Positions 20,344-29,290 of a DNA stretch of 57,842 bases are shown here, one piece after another. Made by a program: the position numbers and the translations under genes. Numbering within the stretch: the first letter of the stretch is position 1; the number at the start of each line of letters is the position of its first letter. The notes beneath the pieces were generated by a model that saw nothing but the letters and a program-made list of their open reading frames with translations, searched no databases and was not told where the DNA came from. The DNA lies in the IMG/VR virus record IMGVR_UViG_3300031857_000214, positions 1 to 57,842 of that record; one strand, written 5' to 3'. Source of the DNA: a virus (Duplodnaviria > Caudoviricetes).

Positions 20344-22365
20344 TTAGATTACATCTATCTTGTATGTTTTAATTGGTAATTGAGTCAGCTTTGGCTGCTC
20401 TTTGTTACTTTCCAAAGATACGCCAGAAAGTAGACTAATCATAAAGGCAATACTTCGGTCGAAGGGCGTACGATTTTCGTGGTCATAAGATAGCAACTCC
20501 TCAAGCAAATCTGTAAAATATACTTTTTCGCAATGGTTTTCTATATACGCTATAGCTGTATCCAACTGCCTTGCCATAGCAAATGCGTCTGCTGAAGCTA
20601 CCCCATATTTAGACGGCCCTTGTCTTCTCTTAAACCTGTCCACAGCGGCTTCTGGGGTTTTCATCAAATACGACCTAAACCCTTTATTTGAAAAATAGTC
20701 TACAAAGTCATCACCAACGTCATTCTCGTAACAAGCCTTATATCCATAAAATACAGAAGCCTTAAGCATTTCGTCATGAAATAAGCTTTTAAGCCTTGGT
20801 CTGCCTACGTATTCGGCAACCGGCATACCTGTATTTGCAGGGTCCTTCATGTCTAGTTTTTCAAATATATAACACGCTCCCATAGACCCCTTCCCACTAA
20901 TAACAGAGGATTTGAATGGGTCAATACCACTAGAATAAATATGCTGGTTAGCTGGCGTTTTTACACCAGAAATCTCAACCCACTTGTTTTGCTCTTCTTT
21001 TTTTGGGAACTTGTGTATCAACCAATCTCCATCTTTGTCATCTGCCCAATCTACAGTTTTGTTGTCCTTCCAATAGAATCTAACCCTACGAAGAGCAACC
21101 CTTTCCTCTTTTAACCAATCTAGCTGATTGTATATTTTTTCAGCATTAAAATAGCATTTTTTAGAGTCAATCATAAAAGCCTCGTTTTCATCAAACGGAT
21201 TCATACGGATTTCCTCAGATAACTGCTCCTTGTCGGTTATTAGCCTTCTTTGATGAAGAAGATACTCCTTGCTGCCCATTTCGATTTTAATGCCATATCT
21301 TTCGTATATATACTTCTTCTGCTTATCATCAGGAGTATCTATAATAGACATGCCATATTCGTCTATAAAGCCTTCGTATCCATCATAAGCTGGACAAAAA
21401 TATCTATACAAGCCAGAAGCTGTAATAGCATTCTCAAAGTGATTACTCGCATCATATAATTTTTTATAAGGTTCACCTCCAGACTTGGCATCATTCGCTG
21501 TCGAAGGTATTAAACAAAATCCCACTTTTATTGCACCACGACCCATTGTTTTTTTTACAATAGGCCAATATTGGTTTACCGATACTTCTTTTGGCCATTT
21601 ACCAGCCTCATCCATTAATAAAGCCGTAACACGTCCTGAATCATACGAGTTAAGGGCAGTATTCTTAAAATTGATTTTTGACTCCAAACCAATGTCATCA
21701 TCAAATATCTTTCCTTTTTCACGACCCTTCGTTTTACGCTTGTCTTTCTTTTTCTTAAATACAAGCTCTGTTTTTGTTTCTTCATCTTCTGCTCTAGGTT
21801 TAAGGAATACAGGTAAGTTCCTATATCCATTCATAACCATATATACAAACGCATCTGAGGCATCTTTTCCTGTTTTGGATATAATACCACAGAATGATTT
21901 ACGCTTTGTTATTGACTTCCAAACAAGGTATGCTGTGGCTTGTGATGTAGCACCTTCACGACGTTTTTTAATACGCACTATACCAAAGCAATATGGTAAT
22001 GATTCGCAATACTCCTGAAAGTAATAATATCTTCTATCTACATCTCTATAGTCTGGTTGATTACCATCTTCTAGTGTCCAATAGTTTAAATAAAAATAAT
22101 GAAGACCTGTGATATATGTTGGCTCTCCATTATTTAAAAACCAATACCCATCATTTATCCTTCTCCATTCTTGTATAATAAAATCTCTTTGTTCATCTGT
22201 ATATATGGGATTCCCATCTTCATCGAACTCTAATTCATCAAATATCTCAGGAGCCTCCGTTTTATAGAACTTTTGGTCTTCCTGGTCTAATTCGGAATTA
22301 TCAATAATATCAGGAATTTGAGGAATTTTATATTTAATTCCATATACTTCTATCTGGCTACTCAT
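20344..22365 (-). CDS. terL: Terminase large subunit
   Basis: Walker A KKRREGAT, Walker B LLMDEAGKW, nuclease GIDPF, YEND and FDRSIA motifs. Confidence 0.93.
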   Translation of the reverse strand: MSSQIEVYGIKYKIPQIPDIIDNSELDQEDQKFYKTEAPEIFDELEFDEDGNPIYTDEQRDFIIQEWRRINDGYWFLNNGEPTYITGLHYFYLNYWTLEDGNQPDYRDVDRRYYYFQEYCESLPYCFGIVRIKKRREGATSQATAYLVWKSITKRKSFCGIISKTGKDASDAFVYMVMNGYRNLPVFLKPRAEDEETKTELVFKKKKDKRKTKGREKGKIFDDDIGLESKINFKNTALNSYDSGRVTALLMDEAGKWPKEVSVNQYWPIVKKTMGRGAIKVGFCLIPSTANDAKSGGEPYKKLYDASNHFENAITASGLYRYFCPAYDGYEGFIDEYGMSIIDTPDDKQKKYIYERYGIKIEMGSKEYLLHQRRLITDKEQLSEEIRMNPFDENEAFMIDSKKCYFNAEKIYNQLDWLKEERVALRRVRFYWKDNKTVDWADDKDGDWLIHKFPKKEEQNKWVEISGVKTPANQHIYSSGIDPFKSSVISGKGSMGACYIFEKLDMKDPANTGMPVAEYVGRPRLKSLFHDEMLKASVFYGYKACYENDVGDDFVDYFSNKGFRSYLMKTPEAAVDRFKRRQGPSKYGVASADAFAMARQLDTAIAYIENHCEKVYFTDLLEELLSYDHENRTPFDRSIAFMISLLSGVSLESNKEQPKLTQLPIKTYKIDVI

Positions 22366-22975
22366 TTACTTCAAAGTGTTTTTTAGTGAATTTGTCAATC
22401 TTCTCAAACATAGCAATACCTACGCCATTTAAAGCATATTGTTTTACACCATCTTTAGAAGATACATCTTGTATAAAATTATGCTTTTTAAAATGAGCTA
22501 CCATTCTATGAAATGAATGAGGTGTATTTGGCAAGTCTCTTTTGTAATCTTTAGATGTAAAAAAAGAGTATCTGCCAGCCCACAACATAAAAGAACAGAA
22601 TCTTAGTTTCATACCAAGTATATCAGATACCTGCTCTATTTGTAGCAAAAACTCATACATCTTCTTTATTGAATAGTCTTGAACTCTTATTCTGCTGATA
22701 CCTACTTCTATGCCCTTTTTCTTTGCCTTATGTCTTTCTTTTATGGCAAATCTTTGCAGGTTCTGTATATGCTTTTGCATACCAAATATCTTTCTATCTC
22801 TTTTGAGTAATTGGTATCTAAGCTCGTTATATTTCTTATTCTTTTCTTTTCGTACTTCCTTTACTTTATCTTGATTTATCTTCATTCTATGACGCTCCAT
22901 CTTAAGTAGCTTTTGCGTCTTAATATAGGCTTCATAAACCTCATTTCTTGTAGAGTCCTTGGTTATATAACTCAT
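22358..22975 (-). CDS. Basic protein with possible C-terminal winged helix
   Basis: Coupled to terL; Lys/Arg-rich coiled coil then ...FIQDVSSKDGVKQYALNGVG wing-like segment. Confidence 0.5.
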   Translation of the reverse strand: MSYITKDSTRNEVYEAYIKTQKLLKMERHRMKINQDKVKEVRKEKNKKYNELRYQLLKRDRKIFGMQKHIQNLQRFAIKERHKAKKKGIEVGISRIRVQDYSIKKMYEFLLQIEQVSDILGMKLRFCSFMLWAGRYSFFTSKDYKRDLPNTPHSFHRMVAHFKKHNFIQDVSSKDGVKQYALNGVGIAMFEKIDKFTKKHFEVNE

Positions 22976-23265
22976 CGTACTAATTCTTCAATTAAAGGCT
23001 TTTTACGAGACTTATCTTTTTCTTCATCACCTGTAAGTGAATTATCTAATTTGAGTTTCTTCATAACATCATTAATCTCTCCTACACTATTAAATAACTT
23101 AAGTACTCTTTCCCAAGAGCTATCTTGCCTATCTGCCAAGTCAAGGCGTGTAAGGTCGCTATTGTTAAGCAGCATCGTAATTTCGTTAAGTTTACGATTA
23201 AGTGCATAATAAGCCCCAACAATGCCATCATCTTCGTACAGCTTTAGTTTTTCCTTATCGGTCAT
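22972..23265 (-). CDS. Hypothetical protein, possible terminase small subunit
   Basis: 97 aa helical protein in coupled chain upstream of terL. Confidence 0.4.
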   Translation of the reverse strand: MTDKEKLKLYEDDGIVGAYYALNRKLNEITMLLNNSDLTRLDLADRQDSSWERVLKLFNSVGEINDVMKKLKLDNSLTGDEEKDKSRKKPLIEELVR

Positions 23266-23870
23266 ATTGTTTCTTTTGCCAGGCAGTCTGTATACTTAAG
23301 CCTAATTATTTTTTCTTGAGTCCCATTCAAATTATGAGTCATTTCGTAATCAGAGTACTTGTATGTTATTGCTATATCTCCAACTTCAAAATCAGTAATA
23401 GAGTCTGGTTTAGCTAAAATCCTTAATTTATTATCTATTTTTTCAGGCTCAGAGACTAATATAATTCCAGCAGGAGAAACAGGTTCTGGCTTATACATAC
23501 GCTCCACAAGCATAAATCCATCAATAGGTATAATCTTCCCTTTATCAAACCCAAAGAATACTAAATTCTCCTCAACAGAGAATAGCTTATGTCCTTGTGG
23601 TATTCCGTCATATACCAATTCGCATTCGTCCCCCATACTGCTGTGATGTGCCAATACATACATTCCTGCTTTTAAGTTTTTGTAATCAGTAAGTAATACA
23701 CCCTGGGTTAGATTAGTCACACGACCATCCCAAGAATATTCTGTAGCAATTTCAATGCTAGCAGTTTTACCATCTCCTAAATCTAAATTGTGAGTTCTTT
23801 TGCTATCAACGTCAACAAGTACAATGACGCGTCTTCCAACAGGTTTAATCTTGTTGTATAAATGTTCCAT
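23262..23870 (-). CDS. GroES-like co-chaperonin (two GroES-like repeats)
   Basis: IKPVGRRVIV and IIPIDGFMLVER...SPAGIIL...FEVGDI segments. Confidence 0.65.
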   Translation of the reverse strand: MEHLYNKIKPVGRRVIVLVDVDSKRTHNLDLGDGKTASIEIATEYSWDGRVTNLTQGVLLTDYKNLKAGMYVLAHHSSMGDECELVYDGIPQGHKLFSVEENLVFFGFDKGKIIPIDGFMLVERMYKPEPVSPAGIILVSEPEKIDNKLRILAKPDSITDFEVGDIAITYKYSDYEMTHNLNGTQEKIIRLKYTDCLAKETI

Positions 23871-23920
23871 TTGCTTTGCTTATACGCAAATATACGATAA
23901 GATTCGTATTCGGATACGAT

Positions 23921-24226
23921 TTATTTAAATCTTTCTCCTTTCCCAGAAGTTTTTCCAGAACGATATACTTGTGAATTTTTAGACCATAGATGATGGAATG
24001 CCCACCATCCTGCTGTAAGTTTTGAAGAGTTCGCTTCTTTAGCGTGGCGTTTACGATATTGCTCTCTTGCTTCAGGTGAGTAGTTAGAAGAATACCCTTT
24101 AGCACCAAATCTAACCATTCTTACTTTATCTCCCTCTTTAGCAAGAACTACTTTTTTGTGAACACCATCTGTAGCGTTTTTAGGCTTATTATAACCTGCA
24201 AATCTTTCACCGCGATACTCTATCAT
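23921..24226 (-). CDS. Small basic conserved phage protein
   Basis: FAGYNKPK...VRMVRFG...RKRH...TAGWWA motif often seen in environmental phage head modules. Confidence 0.7.
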   Translation of the reverse strand: MIEYRGERFAGYNKPKNATDGVHKKVVLAKEGDKVRMVRFGAKGYSSNYSPEAREQYRKRHAKEANSSKLTAGWWAFHHLWSKNSQVYRSGKTSGKGERFK

Positions 24227-24612
24227 TATCTATAATTTTTGGCAATCTTAGCTACGCTAGATGGCTGTTTAACAAATTGTTTTCCTTTTTTATTACCTTC
24301 TGCCTTTGCTTTATTAGTTGCTGCCTTTTGAGAAGGGCTTAGTGCTTTCCAAGCAGCTTCTGGCAAATATCTTCTTTTACCCTCTGATGGCTTTCCTGAA
24401 GATGTTGTCCATTTTTCTTTTGACCATTTTGATAAATCATTGTCGCTTGATTTTTTGCCCTTATATCCACCACCTGCTTTTTTATATAATCCAACAGCTA
24501 ATTGAGCCTTTCTCGCACTCCACTCCCCTGGGTCGCCTCCTTTACTACCAGATTTTACTCTAGCAACAATTCCTTTCCATAAAGAAGGTTTAGTTTTTTC
24601 TGCTGTACTCAT
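24226..24612 (-). CDS. Basic protein, DUF5872-like
   Basis: GSKGGDPGEWSARKAQL...YKKAGGGY...RYLPEAAW. Confidence 0.75.
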   Translation of the reverse strand: MSTAEKTKPSLWKGIVARVKSGSKGGDPGEWSARKAQLAVGLYKKAGGGYKGKKSSDNDLSKWSKEKWTTSSGKPSEGKRRYLPEAAWKALSPSQKAATNKAKAEGNKKGKQFVKQPSSVAKIAKNYR

Positions 24613-24734
24613 CGTCCTTGCCCTTTGTACGCTTTTGGCTTAGGCGTATGTTTATTAAATGATTTTTGAGCGCTTCCTTGCTTACGCTTTCCAAACGATA
24701 CTTTTTGACTATTATTTTTAGTTGATTTTGCCAT
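24609..24734 (-). CDS. 41 aa basic peptide (MAKSTKNNSQKVSFGKRK...KAYKGQGR)
   Basis: Read manually; coupled to both neighbours; KxYxGQGR C-terminus. Confidence 0.7.
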   Translation of the reverse strand: MAKSTKNNSQKVSFGKRKQGSAQKSFNKHTPKPKAYKGQGR

Positions 24735-24736
24735 GA

Positions 24737-25738
24737 TTATTTTTTCGTATTTTTTAAATAAAGACCATACTTAAATGGATTTAAAGCTTGGTTTCTATAT
24801 TTTATTTGTTCAGGATTATCTAATATTGTACTACTCTTGCTTGAAGCAGAATTTACAATAGGCTTACCAGTTTTTTTATCAAAGTATATTCTGCCATATA
24901 TATGAGCAGGGTTACCTATGTTAGACGTCGCTCCTTTATCATCTCCAAAAATATAATCACCTAATTCAAGTAGTTGATTGTTATCTTTTTCTGACATATC
25001 CAGACTTCTATTTTTTAATGCGCGAGGCGAGCTACCTCTTCTATTATCAAATGGATTTAAATCCCATATATCATGATAAGATATATAAACACCTTTTTCA
25101 TCTTCTCCTGCACCAAGCGTAGCATTACCCAATGCAGGTAAATTAACTATTTTATTTCCAGATTCACTGACATCGGTATTATCAGATTTAAACCTACGTA
25201 TAAAATCTATAATTTCATTTTTGTTTTTAAAAGATTTATTGTTTCCTGAAGCTCTATTAACTATGTAATTTTCAATTTTTGGTATGCTATAATATTGCTG
25301 ATTTACATCTGTACCGACAGTTGGATAGTATATGGATTTTTGTAATGTATTATATTTTTCAGGAAGACCAGAATAATGATTCAATAAATCAAGTCTTAAA
25401 GAATCTTGCATATTACCAAGTCCTTGATTCATTCTTAAATTCATTTCTTTTCTATCTTCTTCTTGTTTATTTAAAATACCTGCATCTATAAAAGTATTAA
25501 TTGGAGATAGTCTGTATCCATGCGGACTAATATTATTAGCAATATTTTTTAATACATTTTTTCCTAGTTTAGTATTAGCAAGATAAGATACGGTTTTATT
25601 AACACCACTTTTTACATAATCAGCTGTGCCGGTTTTTTTTAAAACATCTAGTAATGTTGGTTTAGGTTTGGGGTCTTCTCCTGAACCACCCATCTCCCTT
25701 CTATTAAGAATGCTTATAAGCTTATTAACGTCTGCCAT
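24737..25738 (-). CDS. GG-leader array protein 3 (333 aa)
   Basis: Leader MADVNKLISILNRREMGG; YISYHDIWD domain; C-terminal KNTKK. Confidence 0.75.
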   Translation of the reverse strand: MADVNKLISILNRREMGGSGEDPKPKPTLLDVLKKTGTADYVKSGVNKTVSYLANTKLGKNVLKNIANNISPHGYRLSPINTFIDAGILNKQEEDRKEMNLRMNQGLGNMQDSLRLDLLNHYSGLPEKYNTLQKSIYYPTVGTDVNQQYYSIPKIENYIVNRASGNNKSFKNKNEIIDFIRRFKSDNTDVSESGNKIVNLPALGNATLGAGEDEKGVYISYHDIWDLNPFDNRRGSSPRALKNRSLDMSEKDNNQLLELGDYIFGDDKGATSNIGNPAHIYGRIYFDKKTGKPIVNSASSKSSTILDNPEQIKYRNQALNPFKYGLYLKNTKK

Positions 25739-25740
25739 GA

Positions 25741-26973
25741 TTATTTTTTCGTATTTTTGGTTTTCATTGCAGCTAATCTCTTTTTAAGTTTTAATATTTC
25801 ATCGTCAGGTATAGCTTTTTTTGTTTTAGGGTCTATATATGTTCTATCATATATTTTATACGGTCTACCTGCCATATGCATTAAATAAGATTGCTGATAA
25901 GATGGTGTATTAAATTGCTCATAATTTTCTTTTCCAGTATGATTACCACTTTCATCTGTAGCATAAAATTTTTCGTAATCTACAGGATAAAAATCCCAAG
26001 CATCTGATATAGAAGCATATGGTAAATTCAATTCGTTATCCCATCCAAATCCAGTTTTATATTTACCAAGGTCGATGTTTTCATCGTAAAATAAAGTTTT
26101 TGGTAAATTCTTTTCTTGATTGCTTAGTGCACCGCTTTTATAAAACTTAGGCTTATGAGTTTTAATTACTTCTTCTAAATCTAAAACTTTTTGTTTATTT
26201 AATCTACCCCTACCTAAAACAATATTATTTACAAATGCATTTTTTGGAATATTAGTTGTTTCCTTACCATTAATAATTACTTTTTGAGGTTCAAATAATG
26301 ATTTCAATGCTTCATTTGCTAATGTATTACCGTATCTCTTTTTTAAAGAATATGTAGGAAGAAATTCTAAATAATCATCAGATGGTTTGAATGGAGCTTT
26401 TTCGTATACTGTATTTCCATAAATATATGTTTTAATCAAATCTTGTTTTGATTGACCATATACATTTTTTGTATCATTTAATAATTGGTCATTAGTTTTA
26501 ACCCATCCACCTCCACTACTAGCTTTTTTATAAGCCATATCTTTAATAAAATCTCCTATAATTGGATAATTAACTAAAGATGGATTTTTTGATAAAGCTA
26601 AAGTTCCTAAATCAAGAAGAATGTTGCCCTCTTTTCTACCTATTTCAACACCTAACTCTTTAATCTTATCACCTATAAATGGCAGTTTTTCTACTATAGG
26701 TATTTTAGACAATACACTTAATCCCACATCTCCACTACTATATTTTGGTGCAGGAGGGTTAAAATATTCTTCTGCTGTTAAATCTCTTTTGCTTGTAATT
26801 TTGTTTTTCTGAGCAATTGTTTTTGATGTACTAGCTTTAGTTCCAGATTTAACATTGGTAGTTGCTGAAGTTAATGGAGCATTCCCTAGATAAGAAGGAG
26901 TTAATTCTGCTTTTACTGGCCCACCTGTCTCTCTCTTATTTATAATGCTTATAAGTTTATTAACGTCTGCCAT
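25741..26973 (-). CDS. GG-leader array protein 2 (410 aa)
   Basis: Leader MADVNKLISIINKRETGG; YASISDAWD domain; C-terminal KNTKK. Confidence 0.75.
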   Translation of the reverse strand: MADVNKLISIINKRETGGPVKAELTPSYLGNAPLTSATTNVKSGTKASTSKTIAQKNKITSKRDLTAEEYFNPPAPKYSSGDVGLSVLSKIPIVEKLPFIGDKIKELGVEIGRKEGNILLDLGTLALSKNPSLVNYPIIGDFIKDMAYKKASSGGGWVKTNDQLLNDTKNVYGQSKQDLIKTYIYGNTVYEKAPFKPSDDYLEFLPTYSLKKRYGNTLANEALKSLFEPQKVIINGKETTNIPKNAFVNNIVLGRGRLNKQKVLDLEEVIKTHKPKFYKSGALSNQEKNLPKTLFYDENIDLGKYKTGFGWDNELNLPYASISDAWDFYPVDYEKFYATDESGNHTGKENYEQFNTPSYQQSYLMHMAGRPYKIYDRTYIDPKTKKAIPDDEILKLKKRLAAMKTKNTKK

Positions 26974-26992
26974 TATATTTTTTTACATTTAA

Positions 26993-27823
26993 TTAATTAC
27001 TGCCATACCCTTTATATCCACGAGCTCTCATTCCTTCATTATATCTTTTTATCCACTCTGGAGTTACAAATTTTGGAGTCTTTTTGTATTTTATAAGGCC
27101 ATATCCATAATCTGTATATACATCTTCATCAGTATCGTATTTCTCTGGATTCTTTTTAAAATCTTCTTGATATTTTCTAAATGCCTCATATTTCATTCCC
27201 AACTTAATTGCATCCTCTAAGGTTCTAGCGTGAGGAACAATCTTACCTGTATAAGCATTCTTAAAACCAATACTATAATCACTGCCGGTATCTCCATACA
27301 CCATAGGGTTACTAACACCAACCCATTCATCATCTCCCCTATGTGTAAAATCATCAATTCTAAATGGAGTTCCATCTCCCTTTAAAGGAACAGCAGGTTC
27401 TTGCGTTTGCTTAGGTTGTTGATTTAATAATTCTATATTGTTCATCATTTCAGAAGCTCTTGCTCCAAGATAATTATCAGCATAGCTTCCAGACTTTGGC
27501 ATTCCATATTTAGAAACCATTTGTTTTAATACTTCCTTCCCCTCTGGAGTACTATTTAGATAATCATATTGAGCCTGCTGAAAAGCCTCATTAGATGTTG
27601 TAGGAAAATTATATTTCTTAGCATAAGCAATTAAATCTTCATCTGTTTTATTGTTAGATGAAAATGAGTTACTTTTCCCAGTTGGAGTTTTTTCATCACT
27701 TTCATAAAGAACTAAACCTGTATCCTTAACCTTTTTAGGTTTAGGCTTAGGTTTAGGGTCTTCTCCTGAACCACCCATTTCTCTTCTATTAAGAATTCCG
27801 ATAAGTTTGCTTACTACTGACAT
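26993..27823 (-). CDS. GG-leader array protein 1 (276 aa)
   Basis: Leader MSVVSKLIGILNRREMGGSGEDPKPKP; unrelated body. Confidence 0.75.
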   Translation of the reverse strand: MSVVSKLIGILNRREMGGSGEDPKPKPKPKKVKDTGLVLYESDEKTPTGKSNSFSSNNKTDEDLIAYAKKYNFPTTSNEAFQQAQYDYLNSTPEGKEVLKQMVSKYGMPKSGSYADNYLGARASEMMNNIELLNQQPKQTQEPAVPLKGDGTPFRIDDFTHRGDDEWVGVSNPMVYGDTGSDYSIGFKNAYTGKIVPHARTLEDAIKLGMKYEAFRKYQEDFKKNPEKYDTDEDVYTDYGYGLIKYKKTPKFVTPEWIKRYNEGMRARGYKGYGSN

Positions 27824-27835
27824 TACTATAAGTTT

Positions 27836-28378
27836 TTATTTAGTTAACCCTGCTTTTCTTGCAGCTTCGTATAATCTACGAGCTTCTTTCATGTTACCTT
27901 TGTTTTCAGCTTTTTTACCTTCAATCATTAAACCAGCAGGGGTTTTTTTAAATCTCTCATCGCTTTCTTTCCCCATTTGTATTTGCTCATTCAAGGATTC
28001 CATATACTCTTTTTCTTGAGCTTTGGTACGACCATCTGCATTTTTAGGGCCCTCTGTCTTTTTAGCTAAAATTATCTTTTTTCTTGAATCTTCTTTAACT
28101 TTCTTCAATTCTTTTTCAGTAGGAACTGATTTTACTGTACCAACAGGATTATTATCAGTTCTATGCATATCTTTAAGGTCAACATTAGCTTTTCCTAAAA
28201 CTATTTTCTTTTTTACTGGACCTTGAGGTGCTTTACTATCTGGCATCGGTTTTGGCCCTGATTTATCTTCAGCAGAACCTTTTTCAGACTTTTCCATCTT
28301 AGGCGTTTCCTTAGCTTCGTGTTTCATGTGTTCTTTTTTAGATGCGTACTTTTCTTTTCCGCCATACTCTGTTATCAT
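27836..28378 (-). CDS. Lys/Glu-rich disordered protein
   Basis: MITEYGGKEKYASK N-terminus; internal repeat KKKIVLGKA / RKKIILAKK. Confidence 0.7.
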   Translation of the reverse strand: MITEYGGKEKYASKKEHMKHEAKETPKMEKSEKGSAEDKSGPKPMPDSKAPQGPVKKKIVLGKANVDLKDMHRTDNNPVGTVKSVPTEKELKKVKEDSRKKIILAKKTEGPKNADGRTKAQEKEYMESLNEQIQMGKESDERFKKTPAGLMIEGKKAENKGNMKEARRLYEAARKAGLTK

Positions 28379-28388
28379 ATAGTTTAAT

Positions 28389-29090
28389 TTATTTAATGAA
28401 TAATCCAGCTCCTGTTGTTAAATAAGGCTGATATTTGTTTTCTGAAATACTTTTTTCAGCTGCTTTTTGTATAAATGACTTATGCAATGCGTCAGCTGCA
28501 GGAGATAATTTAAGGTCATTCAATCCTGTTTTATTTTTCTTAGCTTGTAACATAGCACTTCTTAATTCCATAGCAGCAGCATTCTTTCTATCTAAAGACA
28601 TATAGTTTTTATCTTCTATTTCTCTATCCATATCTGCCATAGACTCTTGCATATTTCTACTAAGCAATTGCTTGCTTAAACCTTGCTGATAATCTTGAAC
28701 AAGTCCAATATTAATATTTAGGCTATCTTCAGCAGTCAATGGATTGCTAGGCGCTACTTGTTTTAATGTAGGCGGTTTAATCTCAGTATTTTGAGTTGCT
28801 GATGGTTGAGGCACTTGAGGCTGCGTAGTTGTAGACTGCGTAGGACTTCCACCTTTCTTATTAATAATACTAATTAACTTACCAGTTAGTGATTTACTAT
28901 CTCTAGGCTTAGATGGTTTAATTTTATCTGGAGCTGGAGCAGGCTTGCCGGTAGAATCTTTAATAGGCTCTTTATCTTTTGGAGTTTTGTTTTCCTTCGC
29001 AGATTTTGCAGCTTTCATCATATATGAAAAATTTTCACCTGCAGAGCGTACATCTTCCCCCTGGTCGTTGTATTGCAAATTAAATGCCAT
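28389..29090 (-). CDS. Hypothetical protein carrying two shared motifs
   Basis: N-terminal MAFNLQYNDQG and internal KLISIINKKGG. Confidence 0.7.
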   Translation of the reverse strand: MAFNLQYNDQGEDVRSAGENFSYMMKAAKSAKENKTPKDKEPIKDSTGKPAPAPDKIKPSKPRDSKSLTGKLISIINKKGGSPTQSTTTQPQVPQPSATQNTEIKPPTLKQVAPSNPLTAEDSLNINIGLVQDYQQGLSKQLLSRNMQESMADMDREIEDKNYMSLDRKNAAAMELRSAMLQAKKNKTGLNDLKLSPAADALHKSFIQKAAEKSISENKYQPYLTTGAGLFIK

Positions 29091-29092
29091 AG

Positions 29093-29275
29093 TTATTTAC
29101 TTTTTTTCTTCGCAGTCTTTTTAGCTACTTTCTTTGCTACTTTTTTTGCTGCAGGTTTTTTAACCTTTTCTTTTTTTTCTTTAATCTCTGCTTCCTTAAC
29201 TTCAGCAACAGCTGTAGATATAATATCATTAGTTGAAGGGAATAGGGATTTAAAAAATGCTATTATCTTTTTCAT
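29093..29275 (-). CDS. Small Lys/Ala-rich histone H1-like protein
   Basis: KKPAAKKVAKKVAKKTAKKK; promoter box immediately upstream. Confidence 0.65.
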   Translation of the reverse strand: MKKIIAFFKSLFPSTNDIISTAVAEVKEAEIKEKKEKVKKPAAKKVAKKVAKKTAKKKSK

Positions 29276-29290
29276 AGATACAAAAATAAG

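Noticed and set aside
19873-23646. Plus-strand ORFs within portal, terminase and GroES genes
   Set aside because: Antisense overlaps without independent signals
24737-27823. Bacteriocin/RiPP double-glycine precursors or DGR targets
   Set aside because: Bodies are 260-390 aa, no C39 peptidase transporter, no reverse transcriptase or adenine-specific repeat pair
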